Below are positions 38,630 through 47,315 of a DNA stretch of 64,000 bases, piece after piece. The notes beneath the pieces are model-generated. The model did not search any database. It was not told where the DNA came from and was given only the letters and a program-made list of their open reading frames with translations. Numbering within the stretch: the stretch's first letter is position 1; each line of letters starts with the position of its first letter. The stretch lies in contig CAZQKK010000001.1 of the NCBI GenBank assembly GCA_964593885.1, positions 233,929 to 297,928 on the forward strand. The letters are read 5' to 3'. The DNA comes from an uncultured Candidatus Saccharibacteria bacterium (GTDB taxonomy: Bacteria > Patescibacteriota > UBA1384 > CAILIB01). The position numbers and the translations under genes are program-made.

Positions 38630-38688
38630 TGAAAATTTGGTAGAATAGTTGAGAAAGTTTGATAGAAACAATCGCCCGGAGAAAGGAT

Positions 38689-38760
38689 TCTGTAAACTAT
38701 TGAGCGTACACCGTAGGTGTACATACAGATACTTCCACTAGCGATTTGTTTACAGAATAC
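38689..38760 (+). other. Structured spacer: 11-bp inverted repeat enclosing an internal 7-bp palindrome, between tRNA-Phe and tRNA-Val
   Basis: ATTCTGTAAAC ... GTACACCgtaGGTGTAC ... GTTTACAGAAT. Confidence 0.4.
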
Positions 38761-38768
38761 TTTCGTAG

Positions 38769-38844
38769 GGGCTCTTAGCTCAGTTGGTAGAGCGCCTCGT
38801 TTACACCGAGGATGTCAGAGGTTCGAGTCCTCTAGGGCCCACCA
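38769..38844 (+). tRNA. tRNA-Val(UAC): tRNA-Val (anticodon UAC)
   Basis: GGGCTCT-TA-GCTCAGTTGGTAGAGC-G-CCTCG-TTTACAC-CGAGG..AGAGGTTCGAGTCCTCT-AGGGCCC-A-CCA. Confidence 0.8.
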
Positions 38845-38847
38845 TAC

Positions 38848-38876
38848 AAAAAGAACCATTTCGATGGTTCTTTTTG
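38848..38876 (+). terminator. Rho-independent terminator after the tRNA cluster
   Basis: AGAACCATttcgATGGTTCT followed by TTTTT. Confidence 0.75.
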
Positions 38877-38879
38877 TAT

Positions 38880-39016
38880 GTGTCACGTATGGGTGAGTCC
38901 TCTATAGCCATGGTATTACCATGGCTATCACAAGTGTCATATTCAGATGAAATCTGACTTGATACGCAGTATTGGCCCACCAAGAAAAAAGATAGTCGCA
39001 AGACTGTCTTTTTTCT
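38880..39016 (+). ncRNA. Candidate small structured RNA (three consecutive hairpins, the last a terminator)
   Basis: ATAGCCATGG-tatta-CCATGGCTAT (10 bp), TCAGAT-gaaa-ATCTGA (GNRA loop), AGATAGTC-gcaa-GACTGTCT followed by TTTTTT. No ORF. Confidence 0.3.
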
Positions 39017-39070
39017 TTTTCTGTTACCTTCACTCAACAGTTGCGTGCCTGTTTGTGATTAAATAGATGC

Positions 39071-39433
39071 ATGCAGGAACTTCTCTCTTTTTGGTTCATC
39101 TCTAGTGCTCCGCGAGCTCTCGCGGCATACCGCAGAACCATTGCTGGTTTTGAAGCAAACCTTGCAGTTGCCACTACTGCAAAAAACCTCGGAAAACCCC
39201 TCTTTCAAGATTACACCTTCCAGGGAAGGGTTATTGGCTTTGGCTTTAGAATCTTGCGCATTGTTTTTGGTTCGCTGCTCTACGTCATGATTGGAATACT
39301 CTTCGCCATTGCCTACCTTGCCTGGCTAGGCTTCCCCCTCTTCTGCATAGTTAGCTTAGTAGGGAGCTTTGTTGCCCCACCGCTCTCGGCAAGCTCTCAA
39401 CAACAGCAAATTGAGGATACATGGAGACCGTAA
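39071..39433 (+). CDS. Hypothetical membrane protein
   Basis: 120 aa, 2-3 TM helices, 13-nt overlap with the downstream Clp-like gene. Confidence 0.3.
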   Translation: MQELLSFWFISSAPRALAAYRRTIAGFEANLAVATTAKNLGKPLFQDYTFQGRVIGFGFRILRIVFGSLLYVMIGILFAIAYLAWLGFPLFCIVSLVGSFVAPPLSASSQQQQIEDTWRP

Positions 39434-42039
39434 CACTCACCCCCTGCCAGACCTGTGGAAGCTTAGGCTTGGTTGCTGGAATCTCCTGCGACACCTGTTT
39501 TGGATCAGGCTACCTACTCTCTATAGGCTCACAACCAGCAACCCTAACCGTACCTGGTGTTATTGCTCCTGGAATGACCTCAAGGAGGAAGGTAGCAACT
39601 GCAATTACGGTAGCGGCTGGCACCGTTACCTCCGTAGTCTGCATAGGTTGCTTTAGCTTGCTCCTGAGAGATGCATGGCCAAACCTCGCTCGAATCTTCT
39701 GGCAACACGGGTCAGTAGCAGGCATCTTTGGACTATCAGGCCTCCTCAGCATGGGAAGTCTTTCAGTCATGCCTGCTTCACGTACTGCAGGGAAGAATCT
39801 CCTCCAGATACCTACAACTGGCGACAGCTCCCCTCTCAATCTTTCTGACTACGCAAGCTCAAGCTACAACGATTTTCTTTCAGAGGCAGTAGTAACAGCT
39901 GGCAGCCTGGGGGCAGAGTACATCGAGGCTGATCACGTTCTCCTCACTCTCTGTGGCCTACCCCGGATACAGCTCATGCTCGCTCGTCTCGAGGTATCGC
40001 CAAGTCAACTTGTTGATGAGCTCAAACGGGTTATCACATCTGCAGGGTCGTCACACCAGCACGCACTACCTGTTGCACAGTCTTCTCGCTTACTCATGCT
40101 CAAAGCATTTGAGCAGGCAGTTACCCACCGTTTCCCAACAGTTGAGATTGAAGATATTTTCCTTGCCTACCTAGCTGAGACACAGGTGACTTCTCCTGAA
40201 ATTGTAGAGGTCCTTACTGCTTTTGGGATCACCCACCAGAAGTTCTTGGCAGTGAGTACCTGGTATGCAGGCGATGAGGCGCGCCACCAGAGGTGGAAGT
40301 TTTGGATTGAGCAGGCTCGAAGCCACCCGAAGAGCTACATGAATCGTGCCTGGACTGCACTCCCAACCCCACTCCTCGATAGCGTTGGAAAAGACCTCAC
40401 CCTTCTTGCTAGTTACGGAAAGATGTCTGATGGGACGAGTAGGGAGAAGGAGCTCGAGATGACGCTCCAAACACTCTCAGGTGGAAGCATAAAAAATGTC
40501 ATCCTTATTGGGGAAGACGGATCAGGGAGGAGTAGCATTATCTCCGCCCTGGCTACACGGATACTTGAAGACACCGTACCTGAGACGCTCAAGGATAGGC
40601 GTCTGGTTGAGCTTGACCTCAACCAGCTTCTAACCCAGGGAGATGGGACCTCAAACTTGCAGGCAGTAATCAACGAGGTTGTTCAGGCTGGCAACGTCAT
40701 CCTCTCTATTCCAGATGTAAAAGTGCTTGCAGGGACAGGCGAAGCTTTGGACGGCTCAACCATTCTCGCATCAGCTCTCAAAGACGGTTCAATTCAGGTA
40801 ATTACTACCTCAAACTACCAGGATTTCCACCGGTACGTGGAGCAAAACAGCAGCCTCAAGAGCCAGCTTCAAGCTGTTGAGATGCACGAACTTGAGCCTG
40901 GTGAGGTCTTGCCTATTCTTGAGGTGTTCACCGGCAAACTAGAGGCTGAATACGGTACCACCATTACCTACCCCGCTCTCGAGGCAGCAGCAAACCTAGC
41001 TCCACGCTACCTTTCGGAAAAGCCAGCTCCGGCAGGAGCGAAGCAGCTCCTAGAAACTGCCTGTAAAGTTGCCAAGAGCTCTGGGAGAAAGTGGGTGAGA
41101 AAACAGGAGGTTGAAGCTGCTATTGAGACCATGGTTCAGGTACCCGTCTCGCAGGCTTCAGGGGACGAGGCTGCTAACCTCCTCAACCTTGAAGAGACCC
41201 TCCATCAGAGAATCATTGGCCAAAACATTGCTGTCAGCGCCGTAGCTGAAGCACTGAGAAGGGCACGGTCTGGCCTGAATAGTGGCGATAGACCTCTCGG
41301 ATCCTTCCTCTTTGTGGGTCCTACAGGTGTTGGTAAAACTGAGCTCGCGAAAGCACTCTGCGAGAGCTACTTTGGCCCAGAGAGTGAAATGTTGAGGTTT
41401 GATATGTCTGAGTACCAGAACAAGGAGAGTCTGAGTACGCTGATTGGTACCACCGAAACCCAGGGAGGTACACTTACCCAAGCTATTCGTGAGAAACCTT
41501 TCAGTCTCGTACTCTTTGATGAGCTTGAGAAAGCCCACCCAGATATCCTCAACCTGTTTCTCCAGGTTCTCGACGAGGGAAGGCTTACCGAGGCAAGTGG
41601 GAGAACAGCAAACTTCAGAAACTCCATTATCATCGCTACCTCAAACGCCCAGGCACGGCAGGTGGGAGAGGCTGTTCAGAAGGGAGCAGACCAGAATGAG
41701 GTTATGCAGATTCTTGAGGCAAACTTTAAACCTGAGTTCTTGAACAGGTTTGATGGCATCATCCCCTTCATGCCGCTTCTCCCTGATGAGATTTTCAAGA
41801 TTACTGAGCTCCTCTGCGCGAATATCACCGCAAAAGCTGCGACGAAAGGCATCACTCTCACCCTTGAACCTGCCGCTGTCACGAGACTTGCAGAACTTGG
41901 CTTTGATCCGCTGTACGGCGCTCGCCCGCTCCGCAGGGTTGTTGAACAAAAACTTGAAGGAATACTCTCAAAGTTACTGCTTTCCCAGCAACTTTCAGAG
42001 GGTAGTTCATTGCAGATTACCCGTGCCATGTTAGACTAA
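39421..42039 (+). CDS. Clp/Hsp100-family AAA+ ATPase with N-terminal zinc ribbon, membrane anchor, Clp_N repeats, degenerate D1 and intact D2
   Basis: CQTCG..12 aa..CDTCFG ribbon. Hydrophobic segments aa 60-140. Two Clp_N-like repeats. D1 P-loop degenerate (GEDGSGRS, no DE Walker B). D2 intact (GPTGVGKTELAKAL, LVLFDELEKAHPD, GARPLRR). No obvious ClpP-binding loop. Confidence 0.75.
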   Translation: METVTLTPCQTCGSLGLVAGISCDTCFGSGYLLSIGSQPATLTVPGVIAPGMTSRRKVATAITVAAGTVTSVVCIGCFSLLLRDAWPNLARIFWQHGSVAGIFGLSGLLSMGSLSVMPASRTAGKNLLQIPTTGDSSPLNLSDYASSSYNDFLSEAVVTAGSLGAEYIEADHVLLTLCGLPRIQLMLARLEVSPSQLVDELKRVITSAGSSHQHALPVAQSSRLLMLKAFEQAVTHRFPTVEIEDIFLAYLAETQVTSPEIVEVLTAFGITHQKFLAVSTWYAGDEARHQRWKFWIEQARSHPKSYMNRAWTALPTPLLDSVGKDLTLLASYGKMSDGTSREKELEMTLQTLSGGSIKNVILIGEDGSGRSSIISALATRILEDTVPETLKDRRLVELDLNQLLTQGDGTSNLQAVINEVVQAGNVILSIPDVKVLAGTGEALDGSTILASALKDGSIQVITTSNYQDFHRYVEQNSSLKSQLQAVEMHELEPGEVLPILEVFTGKLEAEYGTTITYPALEAAANLAPRYLSEKPAPAGAKQLLETACKVAKSSGRKWVRKQEVEAAIETMVQVPVSQASGDEAANLLNLEETLHQRIIGQNIAVSAVAEALRRARSGLNSGDRPLGSFLFVGPTGVGKTELAKALCESYFGPESEMLRFDMSEYQNKESLSTLIGTTETQGGTLTQAIREKPFSLVLFDELEKAHPDILNLFLQVLDEGRLTEASGRTANFRNSIIIATSNAQARQVGEAVQKGADQNEVMQILEANFKPEFLNRFDGIIPFMPLLPDEIFKITELLCANITAKAATKGITLTLEPAAVTRLAELGFDPLYGARPLRRVVEQKLEGILSKLLLSQQLSEGSSLQITRAMLD

Positions 42040-42043
42040 ATTT

Positions 42044-42613
42044 ATGCAAAAACGCGGCTTTACCCTCATCGAGCTCTTGGTTACCATCGTCATTATTGGT
42101 CTGCTCACTACCATCGCAACCACCAGTTTTTTGACAGCTCAGAGGAACGCCAGAGACAACGCACGAAGGACTTCTCTCACCGCCATTGGAGCCGCGCTAG
42201 AGGCATACAAGCTTGTTGAGGGAACCTACCCTGGTGTAGTAAACCCAACTACAAGTCTACCGAATGATCCCAATCATGTTTCAAACACAAAGTGTGCGGT
42301 AAATGACACCTACTACTACAACCCAAATGCAACAGGTACAAGCGTCTGCCCAGATGCATTTAAACCAACACCAAACTGGATTCCAAAGCTTGCAAAATAC
42401 CTCACGCCAACCCCTATCGAGAAGCGTTACCTAGACTCAACAGCGGGGACCACTGGTGATGGTGTATTCGCTACTGCCGTCGGTTTTGAGGGCACACCTA
42501 ATCTCAATACCAGAACCTACTCATACAAAAAGACAGCCACTGGCTACAACGCATACGTCAGAATTGAAGGTACTGCCTGTGGAGGTACCACCATCTGTTC
42601 AATTGGAAAGTAA
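42044..42613 (+). CDS. Type IV pilin / pseudopilin (prepilin-type N-terminal cleavage/methylation domain)
   Basis: MQKRGFTLIELLVTIVIIGLL class III signal (G-1, F+1, E+5). 5-bp gap from the Clp-like gene. Confidence 0.85.
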   Translation: MQKRGFTLIELLVTIVIIGLLTTIATTSFLTAQRNARDNARRTSLTAIGAALEAYKLVEGTYPGVVNPTTSLPNDPNHVSNTKCAVNDTYYYNPNATGTSVCPDAFKPTPNWIPKLAKYLTPTPIEKRYLDSTAGTTGDGVFATAVGFEGTPNLNTRTYSYKKTATGYNAYVRIEGTACGGTTICSIGK

Positions 42614-42614
42614 C

Positions 42615-43166
42615 GTGAAATTTCGCGGTTTTATCCTCATTGAGCTTCTGGTAACCATTAGCATTATTGGACTGCTCATTGCTGCGGCAGCATTTTCGCT
42701 CACCAAATCAAGGATAAGTGCCCGGGATGCAGCCAGGTTTTCTGATGGCATCACCATTAGTAAGGCTCTCGATAGCTATTCTGCTATTAACAAGGGAAGC
42801 TACCCCATGACACAAGTTGCAACTTGCACGGATACCCTGCAGAGCTCTCTTGCTAGCTACCTACCTAACGCGAAGGCTATCCCTCAAGACCCAAAGCCAG
42901 AGCTCTCAAGCGGTAACACCAACTTCCGCAAGTGCTACACCGTCTACCGTAATGAGACTGGCACACTGGGAACGGGTCCTGCTGATAAAGCAAAGTACAC
43001 CTACGTACTTGAGATTGGATCAGAGAACACCGCTCCTTCAGACCTCTCAAGCTACATGACTAAGGATGAAATGATGATTGCCGCTTCACCATGGATTCCT
43101 GAAGACAGCCTGGTGAGAACTCCCTACTACTACACTGGACCATACTGCGACACAACCTGCCCGTAG
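42615..43166 (+). CDS. Type IV pilin / pseudopilin, second copy (GTG start)
   Basis: VKFRGFILIELLVTISIIGLL prepilin signal beginning 2 nt after the previous stop. C-terminal Cys pair (CDTTC). Confidence 0.75.
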   Translation: MKFRGFILIELLVTISIIGLLIAAAAFSLTKSRISARDAARFSDGITISKALDSYSAINKGSYPMTQVATCTDTLQSSLASYLPNAKAIPQDPKPELSSGNTNFRKCYTVYRNETGTLGTGPADKAKYTYVLEIGSENTAPSDLSSYMTKDEMMIAASPWIPEDSLVRTPYYYTGPYCDTTCP

Positions 43167-43252
43167 TCACCTCACAACACGAGTAGGTGGGGCTATTTTT
43201 TTAATTGACCATAGAGTATAAATTGGCTATAGTAGCCAGTATCAAATACCCC

Positions 43253-44530
43253 ATGGCAACCACCGAACTCACCCCAAAGCAGCAGTTTGCCGAACTGGTT
43301 AAGAACAGCCAGTCTATTTTGCTCGTTACCCACCACAATCCAGATGGGGACGCTGCAGGCTCAATCCTCGCCATGAAGCTTGGTCTCGAGAAGCTAGGTA
43401 AAGATGTAAGTGTTGTTGCAAGCGGAGATGCCCAGGAACCTCTCGCCTTCCTCCCTTCTTTCAGCTCCCTCAAAGAAGAGGTTTCACTCCAGAAAGAACT
43501 CCTCATTGTCCTTGATGAGACCCAGGCCAAAATTGGCAACATTTCGCTTAAGCGAATTGCCGAGAACAAGCTGGTTGTTGTGGTTACCCCTAAAGGTGGC
43601 ACCATCACTCCTTCAAATGTCAGGATTGAAGAGGGAAGTTTCAAGGTAGACCTCATCATCGCCCTTGATTGTGCCAACCTCGAGCGCGTAGGCAACCTGT
43701 ACGAAGAGAATACTGAACTCTTCTACGAAGTCCCTGTCGTCAACATTGACCACCACGCTTCAAACAACAACTTTGGTAAGGTAAATCTGGTAGATATCAC
43801 AGCTTCCTCTACTGCAGAAATCCTGGTCTCGCTCCTTGAAACCATCGGGAAAGATGTCACCGGAATGATTGATGCTGAGATTGCCACCTGTCTCCTCACT
43901 GGAATCACCACAGACACCGGTAGCTTCCAGAACGCCAATACCACTCCTAAGTCTCTCACCGTTGCCGCTCAACTAGTTGCTGCTGGAGGCCGTCAACAGG
44001 AAATTATCAAGCACATCTTCAGAACTCGCTCACTCTCAACCCTGAGACTCTGGGGTAGGGCACTCTCATACATCAAGGAAGACAGAGACCTAGCCTTTGC
44101 CTGGTCAACCCTTTCAAAGGCCGACTTTGTTGCTGCTCAAGCATCACAAGAAGAGTCTTCTGGCGTTATCGATGAGCTGCTGAAAACTGCCATGGGTATG
44201 AACTTTGTCCTCCTGCTTTCTGAGCGAGAAGGATCACTGCATGGCTCTTTCCGCGCCGTGAACCCTAGTACAGATGTTTCAGTGCTTGCCACCCTCTTTG
44301 GTGGAGGTGGTCACCCACAAGCTGCAGCCTTCAGTATGGCAAACGCTAACCTGAAAGATCAGGAAAATGAGGTTATCAAGAAGCTTCGAGAGCACCTCAA
44401 CGATCCAGTAGAAAAGCCCCAAGAGCCTTCTACCCCTCAAAAATCTACACCAAAACAGGTAAAGCAGCCTGAAAGCATCTTGAAGGATGGGGAAGAGACT
44501 GTGGTTTCGCTCCCAGAGCCATCTGCTTGA
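43253..44530 (+). CDS. DHH-family phosphoesterase (NrnA-like nanoRNase / pAp phosphatase) with low-complexity C-terminal tail
   Basis: DHH motif LLVTHHNPDGDAAGS. DHHA1 motif GGGGHPQAAAF. C-terminal KPQEPSTPQKSTPKQ tail. Start at the Met after a possible promoter (track ORF 43205). Confidence 0.7.
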   Translation: MATTELTPKQQFAELVKNSQSILLVTHHNPDGDAAGSILAMKLGLEKLGKDVSVVASGDAQEPLAFLPSFSSLKEEVSLQKELLIVLDETQAKIGNISLKRIAENKLVVVVTPKGGTITPSNVRIEEGSFKVDLIIALDCANLERVGNLYEENTELFYEVPVVNIDHHASNNNFGKVNLVDITASSTAEILVSLLETIGKDVTGMIDAEIATCLLTGITTDTGSFQNANTTPKSLTVAAQLVAAGGRQQEIIKHIFRTRSLSTLRLWGRALSYIKEDRDLAFAWSTLSKADFVAAQASQEESSGVIDELLKTAMGMNFVLLLSEREGSLHGSFRAVNPSTDVSVLATLFGGGGHPQAAAFSMANANLKDQENEVIKKLREHLNDPVEKPQEPSTPQKSTPKQVKQPESILKDGEETVVSLPEPSA

Positions 44531-44588
44531 TTCCTGGTGTAGTTTCCCGTATAGTCAACAACGAATTCCGTAATCCCCTCTTTCCCGT

Positions 44589-44843
44589 ATGGCAAGTAAA
44601 GACCTCGTAAAAAAGTACCAAACCCACGAAGGTGACACTGGCTCAACTCAAGTCCAGGTTGCCCTCCTTACTGAGCGCGTTAACGAGCTCACCGATCACC
44701 TCAAACAGCACAAGAAAGACTTTGACTCACGTTCAGGTCTCTTGAAGCTTGTAGGACGCCGCCGAAGGCTCCTCAACTACCTTGCATCTATTCAGCCAGA
44801 GGTATACCAGCAGCTCATCAAAGACCTGGACCTCCGCAAATAA
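44589..44843 (+). CDS. rpsO: 30S ribosomal protein S15
   Basis: [51 protein letters not shown], canonical S15. Confidence 0.95.
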   Translation: MASKDLVKKYQTHEGDTGSTQVQVALLTERVNELTDHLKQHKKDFDSRSGLLKLVGRRRRLLNYLASIQPEVYQQLIKDLDLRK

Positions 44844-44855
44844 ATAACGTTTTCT

Positions 44856-46967
44856 ATGGCCCCAACCAGACACACTGCTCAGTTAGGTGATACTGAGCTA
44901 GTTATTGAGTATGGTCGTTACGCTGAGCAGGCTCACGCCGCTGTAACCGTACAGGCTGGTGAGACTATTGTTCTTGCCACCGTTGTTACCTCAAGCTCTG
45001 TTCGTGACGGTATCGACTACTTCCCTCTCATGGTTGAATACCAGGAGCGACTCTACGCTGCCGGTAAGATCTCAGGTTCGCGTTTCATTAAGCGTGAAGG
45101 ACGACCATCAGAGCAGGCAGTACTCACTTCACGTCTGGTAGATAGGCCACTTCGTCCCCTCTTTGATAAGAGTTTCAGGAACGATGTCCAGATTGTGATC
45201 ACCGCACTCTCTGTTGATGGTGAGAATGACACTGATATTCTCGCGATCATCGCTGCATCGTGCGCCCTCATGAAAGCTGGAACCGCTCCTTTCAAGGCCC
45301 CGGTTGGTGCCTGCCGTATTGGTTGCGTTGATGGCAAGCTGGTAGTAAACCCTACCAAGAGCCAGATGGAGAAATCTACCCTAGACCTCGTTGTTGCCGG
45401 TACTAAGGACCGGGTAATGATGGTTGAAGCAGGTGCTAGCGAGGTACCCGAAAGTACCATGCTGGAAGCCCTCAGAATGGCCCAGGATGCCATGCAGGGA
45501 GTTATTGCGGTACAACACACCTTCACTAAGAAGTTTGAGCCTGCAGTGGCTGTGGTGAAGGAAGGTGTTTCAGTTGAAGACGCCGTCACTGCTTTCGCCA
45601 AGAAAGATATTGCCGAGGCACTCAAGAACAAAGACCGCTCACTCAGGAAGCAACTGGTAGATGACATCCAGGCTGCAGCCTGCCTCAAGTTTGAGGGAGA
45701 CTACAAGCAAGCTGATATTAAGGCTGTTATTACCAAGATCTTCGAGAAGGCTGTTAGAGAAGCCATCCTCCTCCACGATGACCGTCCAGATGGAAGGGCT
45801 ATCACCGAGATCAGGCAGATTACCGTTGAAACTGGACTCCTCCCACGCACCCACGGGTCAGCCCTCTTCACCCGCGGTCAGACACAGGCCCTTACCATTG
45901 CAACCCTTGGAAGCGCCGGGGACGAACAGACAGTTGAAACTATGGATGTTGAAGGCACTAAGCGCTACATGCACCACTACAACTTCCCTCCTTACTCCAC
46001 TGGTGAGGCATCACCTATCCGTGGAACCTCAAGGAGAGAAATTGGTCACGGCGCCCTGGCTGAACGTGCCCTCGTGCCAGTTCTTCCTTCAAAAGAAGAC
46101 TTCCCGTACACCATCAGGCTCGTTTCTGAGATTCTCTCCTCAAACGGATCTTCTTCAATGGCCTCAACCTGTGGTTCTACCCTCGCCCTCATGGATGCCG
46201 GTGTTCCAATCAAGAAGCCAGTAGCAGGAATTGCTATGGGTCTCGTGACCAACGAAGACGCTTCACAGTTTAAGGTTCTCTCTGACCTCCAGGGTCTTGA
46301 AGACTTTGCTGGAGACATGGACTTCAAGATCGCTGGAACGAAAGATGGCATCACTGCCATTCAGATGGACACCAAGATTGAAGGTCTAACCTGGCCAATC
46401 ATTGAGCAGACGCTTACCCAGGCCTACACCGGACGTATGCACATCATGCAGAAGATGCTCGATGTCCTTCCTGAACCTAGGAAAGACCTCTCACCTTACG
46501 CACCGCGTATCCAGGTTGTCATGATTGATCCTGAAAAGATTGGTGAGCTCATCGGACCTGGTGGCAAGAACATCAATAGGATTATTGATAGCTGCGGTGG
46601 CAAAGAGGTTCTCACCATTGATATCGAGGATGATGGTACCGTGATGGTTGCCTCCAACAATCCTGAAATGGCCGCCAAAGCCCTTGAAGAAGTGAAGCTC
46701 ATTGGACGAAGCATCGAGGTAGGTGAGGTCTTTGAGGGACCTGTTATCCAGATCATCCGAGACAGAATGGACCCTAAGAAAGAAATTGGCGCTGTGGTTC
46801 AGTTCCTCCCTAACCGAGAAGGAATGGTGCACATTTCACAGGTAGCAAAAGAGAGAATCAACCTTGTATCTGACTACCTGAAGGTAGGAGATGTAGTAAA
46901 GGTTAAGGTTGTCGCAATTGATGTTGAAAAAGGCAGGTACTCACTGAGTATCAAAGACCTCTTGTAA
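44856..46967 (+). CDS. pnp: Polyribonucleotide nucleotidyltransferase (PNPase)
   Basis: Two RNase PH domains, KH (IGPGGKNI) and S1 domains, 703 aa, directly downstream of rpsO. Confidence 0.95.
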   Translation: MAPTRHTAQLGDTELVIEYGRYAEQAHAAVTVQAGETIVLATVVTSSSVRDGIDYFPLMVEYQERLYAAGKISGSRFIKREGRPSEQAVLTSRLVDRPLRPLFDKSFRNDVQIVITALSVDGENDTDILAIIAASCALMKAGTAPFKAPVGACRIGCVDGKLVVNPTKSQMEKSTLDLVVAGTKDRVMMVEAGASEVPESTMLEALRMAQDAMQGVIAVQHTFTKKFEPAVAVVKEGVSVEDAVTAFAKKDIAEALKNKDRSLRKQLVDDIQAAACLKFEGDYKQADIKAVITKIFEKAVREAILLHDDRPDGRAITEIRQITVETGLLPRTHGSALFTRGQTQALTIATLGSAGDEQTVETMDVEGTKRYMHHYNFPPYSTGEASPIRGTSRREIGHGALAERALVPVLPSKEDFPYTIRLVSEILSSNGSSSMASTCGSTLALMDAGVPIKKPVAGIAMGLVTNEDASQFKVLSDLQGLEDFAGDMDFKIAGTKDGITAIQMDTKIEGLTWPIIEQTLTQAYTGRMHIMQKMLDVLPEPRKDLSPYAPRIQVVMIDPEKIGELIGPGGKNINRIIDSCGGKEVLTIDIEDDGTVMVASNNPEMAAKALEEVKLIGRSIEVGEVFEGPVIQIIRDRMDPKKEIGAVVQFLPNREGMVHISQVAKERINLVSDYLKVGDVVKVKVVAIDVEKGRYSLSIKDLL

Positions 46968-46969
46968 GC

Positions 46970-47191
46970 CTACTCAGGCACCTCAAAGGTCTTAACCCGC
47001 CCAGTTCTCCCCGCACGGAGGATGAGGCGGGTTTTTGCTATCCCAAGCTCTTTTGCGAGAAGCTCGTGAATCTGCACTGTTGCTGCACCTTTGAGAGGTT
47101 TGGATGTACACCAAATGGTAGCGTGCATCTCATCGTCCCAAACTACCTTGTTTGTTCCCGAACCTGGTTTTGCGGTAATAATGTATTTCAT
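46970..47191 (-). CDS. DUF167 (YggU-like) small protein
   Basis: KYIITAKPGSGTNKV..LKGAATVQIHELLAKELGIAKTRLILRAGRTGRVKTFEV fits the DUF167 pattern. Start set at MKYII to avoid the adjacent tRNA. Confidence 0.55.
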   Translation of the reverse strand: MKYIITAKPGSGTNKVVWDDEMHATIWCTSKPLKGAATVQIHELLAKELGIAKTRLILRAGRTGRVKTFEVPE

Positions 47192-47196
47192 GAAGT

Positions 47197-47273
47197 TGGT
47201 CGGCCCAGCGGGACTCGAACCCGCGACCAACGCCTTATAAGAGCGCTGCTCTAACCAACTGAGCTATGGGCCG
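47197..47273 (-). tRNA. tRNA-Ile(UAU): tRNA-Ile-like with anticodon UAU (as read); unusual
   Basis: Reverse complement: CGGCCCA-TA-GCTCAGTTGGTTAGAGC-A-GCGCT-CTTATAA-GGCGT-TGGTC-GCGGGTTCGAGTCCCGC-TGGGCCG-A-CCA. Body resembles tRNA-Ile but the anticodon loop reads UAU, not GAU or CAU. Confidence 0.6.
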
Positions 47274-47315
47274 ATACCTCATGCTAGTATGCCACAAACT
47301 TACCCGCTGTACAGG

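Noticed and set aside
43169-43197. Possible terminator after the second pilin gene
   Set aside because: A T-run is present but the preceding stem (CACCT..AGGTG) is short and imperfect. Left unannotated as too weak to call.
45053-45688. 211-aa minus-strand ORF inside pnp (also 36074-36601 inside ychF, 49375-49755 inside rpsA, 29234-29608 inside pps)
   Set aside because: These are antisense to strongly conserved housekeeping genes, Ser/Ala/Thr-rich with no motifs, and typical of GC-skewed antisense frames.
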